From an uncultured Catenibacterium sp. (lineage in GTDB: Bacteria; Bacillota_I; Bacilli_A; Erysipelotrichales; Coprobacillaceae): a stretch of DNA of 64,000 nt. Of this stretch, positions 41,327 to 50,067 are shown piece by piece. The stretch's first letter is position 1; every line of letters starts with the position of its first letter. Location: positions 4,967-68,966 of the forward strand of contig NZ_UQGV01000001.1 of NCBI RefSeq assembly GCF_900540665.1, in the 5' to 3' direction. A program made the translations under genes and the position numbers. The notes beneath the pieces are model-generated. The model worked only from the letters and a program-made list of their open reading frames with translations. It was not told the origin of the DNA and searched no databases.

Positions 41327-42442
41327 ATGACTTATTTTGGAGAACATACGCCAAAGCTTGGTTTTGGTATGATGCGCTTACCACGCACTAATGGACAGAT
41401 TGATATTGAAGAAACAAAGACGATGGTGGATGCCTTTATGGATGCTGGATTGACTTATTTTGATACAGCATATGTCTATGAAGGTTCAGAGGAAGCAACT
41501 AGAATTGCGCTTGTAGAACGTTACCCTCGTGATTCCTATACTTTGGCTTCTAAGATCAATGCAAAGATGATGTGTCATGATGAAGAAAGCTGTCAGGCAC
41601 AATTAAAGGTCAGCTTAGAAAGAACTGGTGCAGGATATTTTGATTATTATCTTCTACATGCATTATCTGATGCCAATGTTGCTTTGTATGATCAATATCA
41701 TATATGGGACTTTGTGAAGGATGCAAAAGAAAAAGGGTTGATCCAACATTATGGTTTCTCTTTCCATGGGACACCACAATTATTAGATGATTTACTCACT
41801 AAACATCCTGATGTAGAATTTGTACAGTTACAATTAAATTATGCAGACTGGGAAAATCCTGCTATTACATCTCGTGCTAATTATGAAATTGCGAGAAAGC
41901 ATAAGAAATCTATTGTTGTTATGGAACCTATTAAGGGTGGGACATTGGCTACTCCTCCCGATTCAGTAAGAGATATTCTATATAATGCGAATCCTCATAT
42001 GTCCATTGCATCATGGGCTGTACGTTATGTGGCATCACTTGATGGGATCATTACAGTATTAAGTGGTATGAGTACAATGGAACAGGTATTAGATAATATT
42101 TCTTATATGAAGGACTTTAAGCCTTTAAGTGAAGAAGAACAGAATACAATTAAAGAAGCACAAAAAGCATTGGATGCGATTGAGTCTATTCCTTGTACAG
42201 CATGTCGTTATTGTACACCAGGCTGCCCTATGGGTATTGAAATCCCTGATATCTTCAAGGCGATGAACTGGTATAAGATTTATGGCATGAAGGATAAAGC
42301 AAAGAATCGCTATGAAGGTATTATAGAAAAGAGTGCGAAAGCATCTGAGTGTATAGGATGTGGTCAATGTGAGGGTGTCTGTCCACAGCAGTTATCTATC
42401 ATCAAATATTTAAAAGAATGTGCTGATCTATTAGAGGAGTGA
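41327..42442 (+). CDS. aldo/keto reductase with C-terminal 4Fe-4S ferredoxin domain
   Basis: The N-terminal AKR fold (LGFGMMRLP...DTAYVYEGSEE) is followed by CTACRYCTPGCP and CIGCGQCEGVCP cysteine clusters. Confidence 0.8.
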   Translation: MTYFGEHTPKLGFGMMRLPRTNGQIDIEETKTMVDAFMDAGLTYFDTAYVYEGSEEATRIALVERYPRDSYTLASKINAKMMCHDEESCQAQLKVSLERTGAGYFDYYLLHALSDANVALYDQYHIWDFVKDAKEKGLIQHYGFSFHGTPQLLDDLLTKHPDVEFVQLQLNYADWENPAITSRANYEIARKHKKSIVVMEPIKGGTLATPPDSVRDILYNANPHMSIASWAVRYVASLDGIITVLSGMSTMEQVLDNISYMKDFKPLSEEEQNTIKEAQKALDAIESIPCTACRYCTPGCPMGIEIPDIFKAMNWYKIYGMKDKAKNRYEGIIEKSAKASECIGCGQCEGVCPQQLSIIKYLKECADLLEE

Positions 42443-42870
42443 TGTATTTGAAAAAATGGGTAGTATGTCTATTAAGTTTATTATTAATAACAGGATGTAC
42501 ACAAAAAAAGGTTGAATTACCTCATCCTGTCACAATTGAATTCTATTCAGTCAAGACATGTGCTGAATGTATCGCATTTAAGAAGAATGCGATTCCTTAT
42601 TTAAAGAAACGTTATAAGAATATTTCTATCAAGATGTACGATATGGATGATATGAAGACAACAGTCCATTATGACCAGGCAGTGAATTCGTTAAAGGATT
42701 TTGATGATGAATTTTATGGTTTAGGTCCATTTATCTATGTAAAGGGTTATTTCGCATTATTAGGATATGAAACAGATGATGAAGAGATATTGGCAAAAGA
42801 TATTGAACGCGTCGCTAATGGAAAGAAACCTACTCAAGATTTTAGTGATCGTAGGTTTATTGTTAAGTAG
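42442..42870 (+). CDS. lipoprotein with a CxxC motif (paralog 1)
   Basis: Lipoprotein signal with lipobox LITGC and a KTCAEC motif. The start may be TTG at 42448, since the RBS is only 2 nt from the ATG at 42442. Confidence 0.55.
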   Translation: MYLKKWVVCLLSLLLITGCTQKKVELPHPVTIEFYSVKTCAECIAFKKNAIPYLKKRYKNISIKMYDMDDMKTTVHYDQAVNSLKDFDDEFYGLGPFIYVKGYFALLGYETDDEEILAKDIERVANGKKPTQDFSDRRFIVK

Positions 42871-43183
42871 TACATCATGTAAAAAGAATGTATATTCTGT
42901 AAAAGTCTATGGACTTAAGTCTTGTGGAAATTGTAGAATATTAATAGACGATTTCAAGGATGATGAAAATATCCAGCTGCATATGATTGATATTGATACA
43001 CATATTTTAGCCTACAAGAAAGATATCGCATTATATGTTGGTTTGAGTGATAACCAGGCACCTGTCATAATGACAGATTCATTTGCGAAAGCAGGCTATT
43101 CAAGTAAAGATTATAAAGTACTCAAGGATGCAATCATATCAGGTAAGAAACCAGATCTAAAAAATTATTATAAAAGGAGATAG
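42818..43183 (+). CDS. lipoprotein with a CxxC motif (paralog 2)
   Basis: Starts MERNLLKILVIVGLLLSSTSC (lipoprotein-like signal) and carries a KSCGNC motif. It is similar to paralog 1 (YSVKTCAEC vs YGLKSCGNC). It overlaps paralog 1 by 53 nt in a different frame. Confidence 0.5.
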   Translation: MERNLLKILVIVGLLLSSTSCKKNVYSVKVYGLKSCGNCRILIDDFKDDENIQLHMIDIDTHILAYKKDIALYVGLSDNQAPVIMTDSFAKAGYSSKDYKVLKDAIISGKKPDLKNYYKRR

Positions 43184-43187
43184 AATT

Positions 43188-43892
43188 ATGGCAACACCAC
43201 ATAATGAAGCAAAAAAAGGTGATATCGCAAAAACAGTCTTAATGCCAGGAGACCCATTACGAGCAAAATATCTGGCAGAAACATATCTAGAAGATGTCGT
43301 ACAGTTTAATGCTGTAAGAAACATGTTTGGATATACAGGAACTTATAAAGGAAAGAAGATTTCTATTATGGGTTCAGGAATGGGTATGCCTTCTATCGGT
43401 ATCTATTCTTATGAATTATTTACACAATATGATGTAGAAAACATTATCCGTATTGGTAGTGCAGGTTCTATGCAGAAGGATGTTCATATTAGAGATGTCA
43501 TTATTGCACAGGGATCATGTACAGACTCTAACTTTGCACACCAATATGAATTACCAGGCACTTTCTCAGCTATTTCTTCTTATTCATTACTAGAAAAAGC
43601 TGTAACACTTGCAAAAGAAAAGAAGATCAACTATCACGTAGGTAATGTCTTAGCATCTGATATTTTCTATCATGCAGATACAACTTCTGTAGAAAAATGG
43701 TCTAGAATGGGTGTTCTTGCAGTAGAAATGGAATCTTATGCATTATTTGCGACAGCTGCTTATTTAGGTAAGAACGCTCTCACATTACTTACAATCTCTG
43801 ATTCTTTAGTAAATGATGAACCAGAAACTACTGCCGAAGAAAGAGAAAAAACATTTACTGCAATGATGGAAGTCGCATTGGAGATTGCTTAA
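43188..43892 (+). CDS. deoD: purine nucleoside phosphorylase DeoD-type
   Basis: 234 aa, hexameric PNP-I family (…GDPLRAKYLAE…GMGMPS…). Confidence 0.9.
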   Translation: MATPHNEAKKGDIAKTVLMPGDPLRAKYLAETYLEDVVQFNAVRNMFGYTGTYKGKKISIMGSGMGMPSIGIYSYELFTQYDVENIIRIGSAGSMQKDVHIRDVIIAQGSCTDSNFAHQYELPGTFSAISSYSLLEKAVTLAKEKKINYHVGNVLASDIFYHADTTSVEKWSRMGVLAVEMESYALFATAAYLGKNALTLLTISDSLVNDEPETTAEEREKTFTAMMEVALEIA

Positions 43893-44503
43893 TGAAACAG
43901 AAGTGTGCATTTTTTGATTTTGATTATACAATAGCCCATGGTGATTCTATTAAGAAGCTATTGTCATATACTTTAAAGAAATATCCTTTATCAGTGTTCC
44001 GTTTTCTTCCGCTTATTCCTTATGGAATTGGATATGTTTTACATATCTGTTCAATGGAAGCGATGAAATCATGGGTTCATTTTCCTTTAGATCTTCTTAC
44101 TGAAGAAGAAATCAAGGAGTGTTATGAAAAGGATATCGTTCCAAGTTATTATCCTCATATGGTTGAAGAAATGAAGAAAAGACAGGAAGAAGGATGTCTT
44201 GTATTTCTGGTCACTGCAAGTGCAGAAGCGTATATGCGTTTTAATACACTTCCTTGTGACGAGTTAATGGGAACAAAAACTAGAATGAAGGATGGACACT
44301 ATACATCTCATATTATTGGCGAGAACTGCAAGGGCAAGGCCAAGGTTGCTAGAATTAATCAGTATATGAAGGAACATGGTCTAGAAATAGATTATGATCA
44401 TTCTTATGGTTATTCTGATTCTAATTCAGATCTGCCAATGTTGGAATTATGCCGTTATCGTTATCGCGTTGATAGAAAAGATGGTCATTTAACAGACTTT
44501 TAA
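43892..44503 (+). CDS. HAD-IB family hydrolase
   Basis: N-terminus FFDFDYTI shows the DxD motif and the HAD-IB domain architecture. Confidence 0.65.
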   Translation: MKQKCAFFDFDYTIAHGDSIKKLLSYTLKKYPLSVFRFLPLIPYGIGYVLHICSMEAMKSWVHFPLDLLTEEEIKECYEKDIVPSYYPHMVEEMKKRQEEGCLVFLVTASAEAYMRFNTLPCDELMGTKTRMKDGHYTSHIIGENCKGKAKVARINQYMKEHGLEIDYDHSYGYSDSNSDLPMLELCRYRYRVDRKDGHLTDF

Positions 44504-44592
44504 GCAGCACATAAGTGCTGCTTTTTCAAACAGTTCTTGAAAAGTATAAATGTCTAGTTTATACTTTTTATTTAAGAAAAGAGGAATATAAA

Positions 44593-45669
44593 ATGACACG
44601 TTATCGTGATACGTATGCTAAAGTGCGTTTAGATTATATTAAAGAAAATGTAGAAACATTATATGCTAAAACAAAAAAGCCTATGGTAGCCATCATTAAA
44701 GCAAATGCTTATGGACATGGTTATAAGGAAGTTGCTTCTATTTTAAAGGATGAACCAATTATTCAGATGTTTGCAGTGGCTACCTTAAAAGAAGCAGTAG
44801 ACTTAAGAAATTTAGGTGTAAAACAGGATATTTTAGTACTAGGTGCAGTGCCATTAGAAGACTTAGATATTGCGATTGAGAAGAATATCAGTCTTGCTTT
44901 ATTCTCATTTGATTACTTAAATAAGATTAATGAAATGCATCATTATGATGCACCTGTTAAAGTTCATTTAAGTATCGATTCAGGCATGAATAGAATTGGT
45001 TTTAAAACAGAAAAAGAATTTGAACAGGCTATGGAAATGATTGATCCTGCAAAGATTGATGTAGAAGGTATTTTCACTCATTTTGCGACAGCAGATGATT
45101 TCTCACAGGATGATGAATATGAAAAGCAGCTGGCTTTATTTAAGTCTATTGTAGGTAATAAACGTTTTAAGTATGTTCATTGTGATAACTCTGCCGCTAT
45201 GATGTTCCATCATTCTGACTTTGGTAACTTAACACGTATCGGTATTGCCATGTATGGTGTAGATCCACGTGGTGAAGAAAATAAAGATTTAAAACAAGTA
45301 ATGAGTCTTTATACTAAAGTTGCAATGGTTAAAGTTGTACCTAAAGGTGAAAAGATTGGTTATGGTATGACTTATACAGCTGATGAAGATCAATATATCG
45401 CGACTTTACCAATAGGTTATGCTGATGGATTTACACGTGCAAATCAGGGTAGAGAAGTTTATATCAATGGCCACTACTATCCTGTTGTAGGAAGAGTATG
45501 CATGGATCAGTGTATGGTGAAGGTAGATGGGAATGTAAAACCTGGCGATGATGTAGAAATCTTTGGAGAACATATCTCACTCGCAAAGATGGCTAAGGAA
45601 ATTAATACAATCCCTTATGAAATCATTTGCCTCATTTCACCAAGAGTGGAGAGAATATATGAAAAGTAG
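44593..45669 (+). CDS. alr: alanine racemase
   Basis: PLP-binding motif (AIIKANAYGHGY) and the two-domain Alr architecture. RBS agagga precedes the ATG at 44593. Confidence 0.9.
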   Translation: MTRYRDTYAKVRLDYIKENVETLYAKTKKPMVAIIKANAYGHGYKEVASILKDEPIIQMFAVATLKEAVDLRNLGVKQDILVLGAVPLEDLDIAIEKNISLALFSFDYLNKINEMHHYDAPVKVHLSIDSGMNRIGFKTEKEFEQAMEMIDPAKIDVEGIFTHFATADDFSQDDEYEKQLALFKSIVGNKRFKYVHCDNSAAMMFHHSDFGNLTRIGIAMYGVDPRGEENKDLKQVMSLYTKVAMVKVVPKGEKIGYGMTYTADEDQYIATLPIGYADGFTRANQGREVYINGHYYPVVGRVCMDQCMVKVDGNVKPGDDVEIFGEHISLAKMAKEINTIPYEIICLISPRVERIYEK

Positions 45670-45976
45670 AAATCAATATGCAAAAACAATTAGAAGAATA
45701 GAAATTGGTTCTAACTTCTTACTTATTATTGGTATATTAGTCAGCTTCTTTATGTCATGGGGTTTACTTGGAACTATTGGGACTGTTATGCTTTATATCT
45801 TACTTATGGCTTATAACTTTAAATTGATGAAAAGATGTCGCTGTGATTCATGTGGACATGTAGATGTCTTTACAAAGTCTAGAAGCTTTGTGACAGGTGT
45901 AGAAAAGAGATGTCCTCATTGTAACCATAAGTTAAAAAGTGATGTACCAGTTGATGAAATAGAGTTCAAGAAGTAA
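45659..45976 (+). CDS. small membrane protein with C-terminal zinc-ribbon (CxxC...CxxC)
   Basis: 105 aa with two TM helices followed by CDSCGH...CPHCNH. RBS ggagagaa. Its start overlaps the alr stop. Confidence 0.45.
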   Translation: MKSRNQYAKTIRRIEIGSNFLLIIGILVSFFMSWGLLGTIGTVMLYILLMAYNFKLMKRCRCDSCGHVDVFTKSRSFVTGVEKRCPHCNHKLKSDVPVDEIEFKK

Positions 45977-45977
45977 A

Positions 45978-46012
45978 AAGATGTCAGCTTTAACGGCTGA
46001 CATCTTTATTAT
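45978..46012. terminator. bidirectional terminator
   Basis: Stem gatgtcagc, loop tttaac, stem ggctgacatc, then tttatt. Confidence 0.7.
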
Positions 46013-46595
46013 ATCTTTTTGCAAGTCTCTGAAATGTGGTATGACTTATTTCCAGCATTCTTCCTGCTTCTCTTAAACTAATTAAATTATTTTCCCAAAG
46101 CTGATAAATGGAATCAAAATTCTCTGGAATATCCATAACTGGTCTACCAAACTTAACACCTTTTTCTTTTGCGATTCTAATGCCTTCGGCTTGTCTTTGT
46201 CTAATGTTTTCTCTTTCTATCTGGGCAACATAGGACAATATCTGTAATACAAGATCTGCAATAAACTTTCCTGTCAAGCCATTGATCTTATTTCTTGTAT
46301 CAAGAAGTGGTAGATCTAATACACTCACATCCACATCCTTATCTTTTGTGAGTATTCTCCATTGTTCGATAATCTCTTCATAATTTCTACCAAGTCGATC
46401 AATAGACTTAATATACACTTCATCACCGGCTTTCAGCTTTCTTAACATCTTCTTATAATTCTTACGTTCAAAATCCTTACCTGACTGCTTATCAATAAAC
46501 ATCTTACTCTTATCAATACCAGCCTCTTTCATTGCTTCTACCTGTCTATCAATATTCTGGTCTTTAGTAGAAACTCTAATATAAGCATATTTCAT
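45990..46595 (-). CDS. small serine recombinase (resolvase/invertase family)
   Basis: 201 aa with the catalytic N-terminus YAYIRVSTKDQNIDRQ (Ser nucleophile), the resolvase core and a C-terminal HTH (ISHTTFQRLAKRY). It has its own extended -10 promoter and RBS aatggagg. Confidence 0.85.
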   Translation of the reverse strand: MKYAYIRVSTKDQNIDRQVEAMKEAGIDKSKMFIDKQSGKDFERKNYKKMLRKLKAGDEVYIKSIDRLGRNYEEIIEQWRILTKDKDVDVSVLDLPLLDTRNKINGLTGKFIADLVLQILSYVAQIERENIRQRQAEGIRIAKEKGVKFGRPVMDIPENFDSIYQLWENNLISLREAGRMLEISHTTFQRLAKRYNKDVSR

Positions 46596-46699
46596 ATCCG
46601 TACCTCCATTAATTATGGAGATTATACAAAATATAAAGTTCTTATATATATTAACAAAAAACTTTACAAGTAAAAAGATTGCCTTTTGGGCAATCTCTT

Positions 46700-47122
46700 T
46701 TATAGGTTTGCATTAATAAAATCTTTGAAATAATAGTACTGTAGAGCACCAGGATACTTAGCAGTTACTTTACCATCTTTTATAATGAATGTGCAAGGTG
46801 TAGAGACATTGACGTTCAATTTCTTAGTTAGGTAATCACTAGACTTTCCTTTTGTATCAACATAATAAAGCTTATTTTTTCTATTCTTTGTCTGGTAAGT
46901 TGTCATAACTTCCTGGAAAGATTTCATTGTATTATCAGAACTATCACCTGCAACAAGAATAAAGCTATCTTTATTTTCAATCTTCTGTTCAAACTTTGTG
47001 CTTGATAAAGTTGTATAAGTTGCATATGTTGCCTGACGATAAATGAATAAGCCAAGGAAAACAACAAGTACTAATCCAAAAACACTGATTTCACGTGCAA
47101 ATTTTTTGATAAAATCTTTCAT
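46700..47122 (-). CDS. membrane-anchored thioredoxin-fold protein lacking CxxC (bacteriocin-transport-accessory-like)
   Basis: N-terminal TM anchor, then a domain resembling the thioredoxin fold (FILVAGDSSDNTMKSFQEV in place of the CxxC). Terminator at 46663-46697. Confidence 0.4.
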   Translation of the reverse strand: MKDFIKKFAREISVFGLVLVVFLGLFIYRQATYATYTTLSSTKFEQKIENKDSFILVAGDSSDNTMKSFQEVMTTYQTKNRKNKLYYVDTKGKSSDYLTKKLNVNVSTPCTFIIKDGKVTAKYPGALQYYYFKDFINANL

Positions 47123-47216
47123 CGTTCTTGTACGCCTCCGTTTAAATATTGTATCAAATTCTACCTTCTATGACAATATCTTATTGTTTCACTTTGGTAT
47201 ATAAGAATGTTATAAA

Positions 47217-47262
47217 TTAGTGGCGAAAAACCCATAGGCTTGACTATGGGATGAAAGCCACA
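47217..47262 (+). repeat. hairpin repeat A (GGCTTG loop) in the non-coding island
   Basis: gtggc-gaaaaac-ccatag-GCTTGA-ctatgg-gatgaaa-gccac forms nested stems. It is a diverged copy of the element at 47850-47890; both are followed by cacataa. Confidence 0.4.
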
Positions 47263-47402
47263 TAATTTTTACTTGAGTTAAGCATAAGGGTAAGTTTAAT
47301 AAGAAAAAACGTTTTGGCAGGTCTATAAAGAATAGATGCCCTTCTGGGTTTCAGGCTACTGTAGAAGAAAAGTTCAAGACCACAGGTGGTACATATATAG
47401 AA

Positions 47403-47684
47403 GTGCCTAATGATTATAGAGCATCACAATATGACCATACAGCAGATGAATACATAAAGAAAAAATTATCTGACAGGATGTATCATCTATCAGATGGAAC
47501 TCTAGTACAAAGAGACTGGTATTCATCATTTCTGCTGTACTGCTATGATTACAGGACTAAGAATATAGATAGAGACAGATGTATTTCAGAATTTGAAAAG
47601 TGTTACAGTAAGGAAGAAGCCTTAATTAAAAGAATTAAGATTAATAGAATCAAAGTATTGAATAGTGGAATCAAAATAGTATAA
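47403..47684 (+). CDS. orphan ORF, doubtful
   Basis: 93 aa with a weak RBS and no recognisable domain, lying inside an ~850 bp otherwise non-coding stretch. Confidence 0.2.
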   Translation: MPNDYRASQYDHTADEYIKKKLSDRMYHLSDGTLVQRDWYSSFLLYCYDYRTKNIDRDRCISEFEKCYSKEEALIKRIKINRIKVLNSGIKIV

Positions 47685-47849
47685 AATAAACATCAGGGAG
47701 ATTGATTATACTTCCATATCGTAAGATAGAAATTTACCGTTAATGTGGTCGTTGGACTGCTTGGTAATAAAAGTTCTTACTTAAATAGATTTACACTTGT
47801 ATTCCAAAGTCTGAAAATGATGTACGATTATAAGCTAAACTTGACAGTA

Positions 47850-47890
47850 AGAACCCCACGGGCTTGCCCGTGGGAGTAGTCAGTACACAT
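47850..47890 (+). repeat. hairpin repeat B (GGCTTG loop)
   Basis: ccccacgg-GCTTG-cccgtggg-agtagtcagta-cacataa. Confidence 0.4.
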
Positions 47891-47897
47891 AAGTAAT

Positions 47898-47945
47898 AAA
47901 AATACGGTTCACTTCAAAAGAAGTGTGAACCGTATTTTTTTTGTT
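47898..47945 (-). terminator. intrinsic terminator of yebC
   Basis: 14-bp stem aaatacggttcac ... gtgaaccgtattt followed by T8 on the minus strand. Confidence 0.8.
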
Positions 47946-47972
47946 ATCATAAGAAAAAAAGAATAGCTCTCG

Positions 47973-48713
47973 CTATTCTTCTTCACCATCATCATAGTTT
48001 GAAACGTTGTGATAAACCTGGTCAACATCATCACAGTCATTAAGAAGATTCATTAATCTTTCGAATAATACCATATCTTCACCTTCAAGTTCAACTGTTT
48101 CCTGTGGTTTAGTCTGGATTTCATCAACATCAAATTCAACATCAGGAAGCTTGTTTTCAATAGCTGTCTTGATTGCATTGTAATCAGTTGGTTCACCAGT
48201 AATCTTTAAGCTGCCATCTTCTAAAGTAACGATATCTTTAGGATCAACTTCGCCTTCGATTAATGCATCAATTGCAGTTTCTTCATCCATTCCTTTGAAC
48301 TGAACAACAGATTCTACATCATATAAATAAGATACTGAACCTTCAGCACCAAGCTTAGCTTTTGATTTAGTGAATGCAGGACGTACCTGTGAAATAGTAC
48401 GGTTGATGTTATCTGTTAAACATTTAACGATAACAGTTGATCCTGAAGGACCAAAACCTTCAAACTGTACACTTTCATAATCTTCTACAGCACCGTTCTT
48501 AACTTTATCAATCGCACGCTTGATAACGTCTCCAGGAACCTGATCTTTCTTTGCTTTTTCAATTAATCTTCTAAGGCTTAGATTACCGTCCGGTTCAGGG
48601 CCGCCTGCCTTCGCTGCTAAATAGATTTCTTTACCATAGTAAGAATAAAGTTTAGTTTTCTTAGCAGCAGTCTTTGCCATTGCGGCTTTACGTACTTCAT
48701 GAGCTCTACCCAT
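47973..48713 (-). CDS. yebC: YebC/PmpR family DNA-binding transcriptional regulator
   Basis: 246 aa conserved across its whole length with the YebC family (MGRAHEVRKAAMAKTAAKK..). Confidence 0.9.
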   Translation of the reverse strand: MGRAHEVRKAAMAKTAAKKTKLYSYYGKEIYLAAKAGGPEPDGNLSLRRLIEKAKKDQVPGDVIKRAIDKVKNGAVEDYESVQFEGFGPSGSTVIVKCLTDNINRTISQVRPAFTKSKAKLGAEGSVSYLYDVESVVQFKGMDEETAIDALIEGEVDPKDIVTLEDGSLKITGEPTDYNAIKTAIENKLPDVEFDVDEIQTKPQETVELEGEDMVLFERLMNLLNDCDDVDQVYHNVSNYDDGEEE

Positions 48714-48830
48714 AATCTAATTCCTCCTTGTAAATTTCCTTACACATTATAAACACAAAGGCTAATTATTTCAATAAAGAATTGGAAAATACACTGGAAA
48801 TGCATTACTATTGTATCGAGGTGTATAAAA

Positions 48831-49943
48831 ATGAAAAAGAAAATGATTATTATTGGGGGAGGTATATCAGGTATATATCTTTCTATTTTATTAAAAAAAT
48901 ATCTAGATATCGATGTTGTTGTACTAGAAGCTAATGACAAGCCATTAAAGAAGCTTCTTGCGACAGGGAATGGTCGCTGTAATCTTTCTAACAAGGATCT
49001 AGATAAGTCACATTATGATGGAGAAGCCAAACCATGGGTGAGTGATATTATTCATCACTTTGATATTGTGGAAGCTTTAAAAGATATTGGACTTTATACA
49101 AAATATATGGGCAATCTCTTATATCCTTATAGTGAATCAGCCAAAGCTGTTCAAACGTTATTCTTAAATAGAGCAGAAGAATATGGTGTGAAAATAATCT
49201 GTGAGGAAGAAGTCTTGTCTATTAAAAAGAATAAGCATGGTTATTTAATACATGCCATCAATAAGGATTATCAAGCAGATTATGTCACTATCTCTTGTGG
49301 AACACCTGCTGGCAAGTTATCTGGCATGAAAGATAGAAGAACACTTTTTAACTCTCTAGAAGTGGATTATCGTCCTATGAGACCTACTATTACTCAGTTG
49401 ATAACTGAACCTGCTTATAAGAAATTAAAGGGTGTCAGAATGAAAGGAGAATTTACTTTAAAAGGGCATAAAGAAAAAGGTGAACTTCTTTTTACGGATT
49501 ATGGCATCAGTGGGATTGCAGTAATGGTCTTAAGCCGTTATGCATGTCCTGGGGATAAAATTGTATGTGATTTCTATCCTGAATTTACTGATCAGGAACT
49601 ACATTCAATTATTCGTACATTAAAAACAATGAATGGTCCTTATGATGGTCTGGTTCATCCTAAATTAGTGCCAATAGTAGAAAATCAGAAGAACCCGGTC
49701 TCTTTCCTTAAACATCTAGAATTCACTGTTAAAGCTTTAAGAGGGGAAGAATTTGCCCAGGCAGATTGTGGAGGACTGATGATTTCCAATTTTGATAAAT
49801 CCTTTGAATTTATTAACTACCCTCATCTTTATGCGACAGGTGAAATATTAGATATCACTGGGGATTGTGGTGGTTATAACATTCATTTTGCATTAGCAAG
49901 TGCTTATTCTGTATTTGAGGAAGTTTCAAAAACAATACAATAA
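48831..49943 (+). CDS. NAD(P)/FAD-dependent oxidoreductase, HI0933/BaiN-like flavoprotein family
   Basis: Rossmann motif IIGGGISG and the family motif LLATGNGRCNLSN. Confidence 0.75.
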   Translation: MKKKMIIIGGGISGIYLSILLKKYLDIDVVVLEANDKPLKKLLATGNGRCNLSNKDLDKSHYDGEAKPWVSDIIHHFDIVEALKDIGLYTKYMGNLLYPYSESAKAVQTLFLNRAEEYGVKIICEEEVLSIKKNKHGYLIHAINKDYQADYVTISCGTPAGKLSGMKDRRTLFNSLEVDYRPMRPTITQLITEPAYKKLKGVRMKGEFTLKGHKEKGELLFTDYGISGIAVMVLSRYACPGDKIVCDFYPEFTDQELHSIIRTLKTMNGPYDGLVHPKLVPIVENQKNPVSFLKHLEFTVKALRGEEFAQADCGGLMISNFDKSFEFINYPHLYATGEILDITGDCGGYNIHFALASAYSVFEEVSKTIQ

Positions 49944-50008
49944 ATTAGGAAAAAGGTAAATAAAATCAAATATATTTGTTTTGGTATAAAAAAGGTGACG
50001 AAATTATA

Positions 50009-50036
50009 TTGACAAACCCAAATGAGATTGTATAAT
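50009..50036 (+). promoter_or_regulatory. sigma-A promoter of the liv operon
   Basis: TTGACA, a 16-nt spacer, then TATAAT. It lies 32 nt upstream of the livJ start. Confidence 0.65.
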
Positions 50037-50067
50037 AAGGGACATATACAAATTGGAGGGATAATGT

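Noticed and set aside
42767-42817. Longer N-terminus of the second lipoprotein as given by the ORF track
   Set aside because: The ATG at 42818 yields a canonical lipoprotein signal peptide. The upstream extension would put a hydrophilic 17-aa segment ahead of the signal sequence.
47217-47262. Possible c-di-GMP-I (GEMM) riboswitch
   Set aside because: Only the first half shows loose similarity (GGCGAAAAACC / GATGAAAGCC). The hairpin loop is not GNRA and no second P3 helix follows. The element is kept as an unexplained repeat and not called as a riboswitch.
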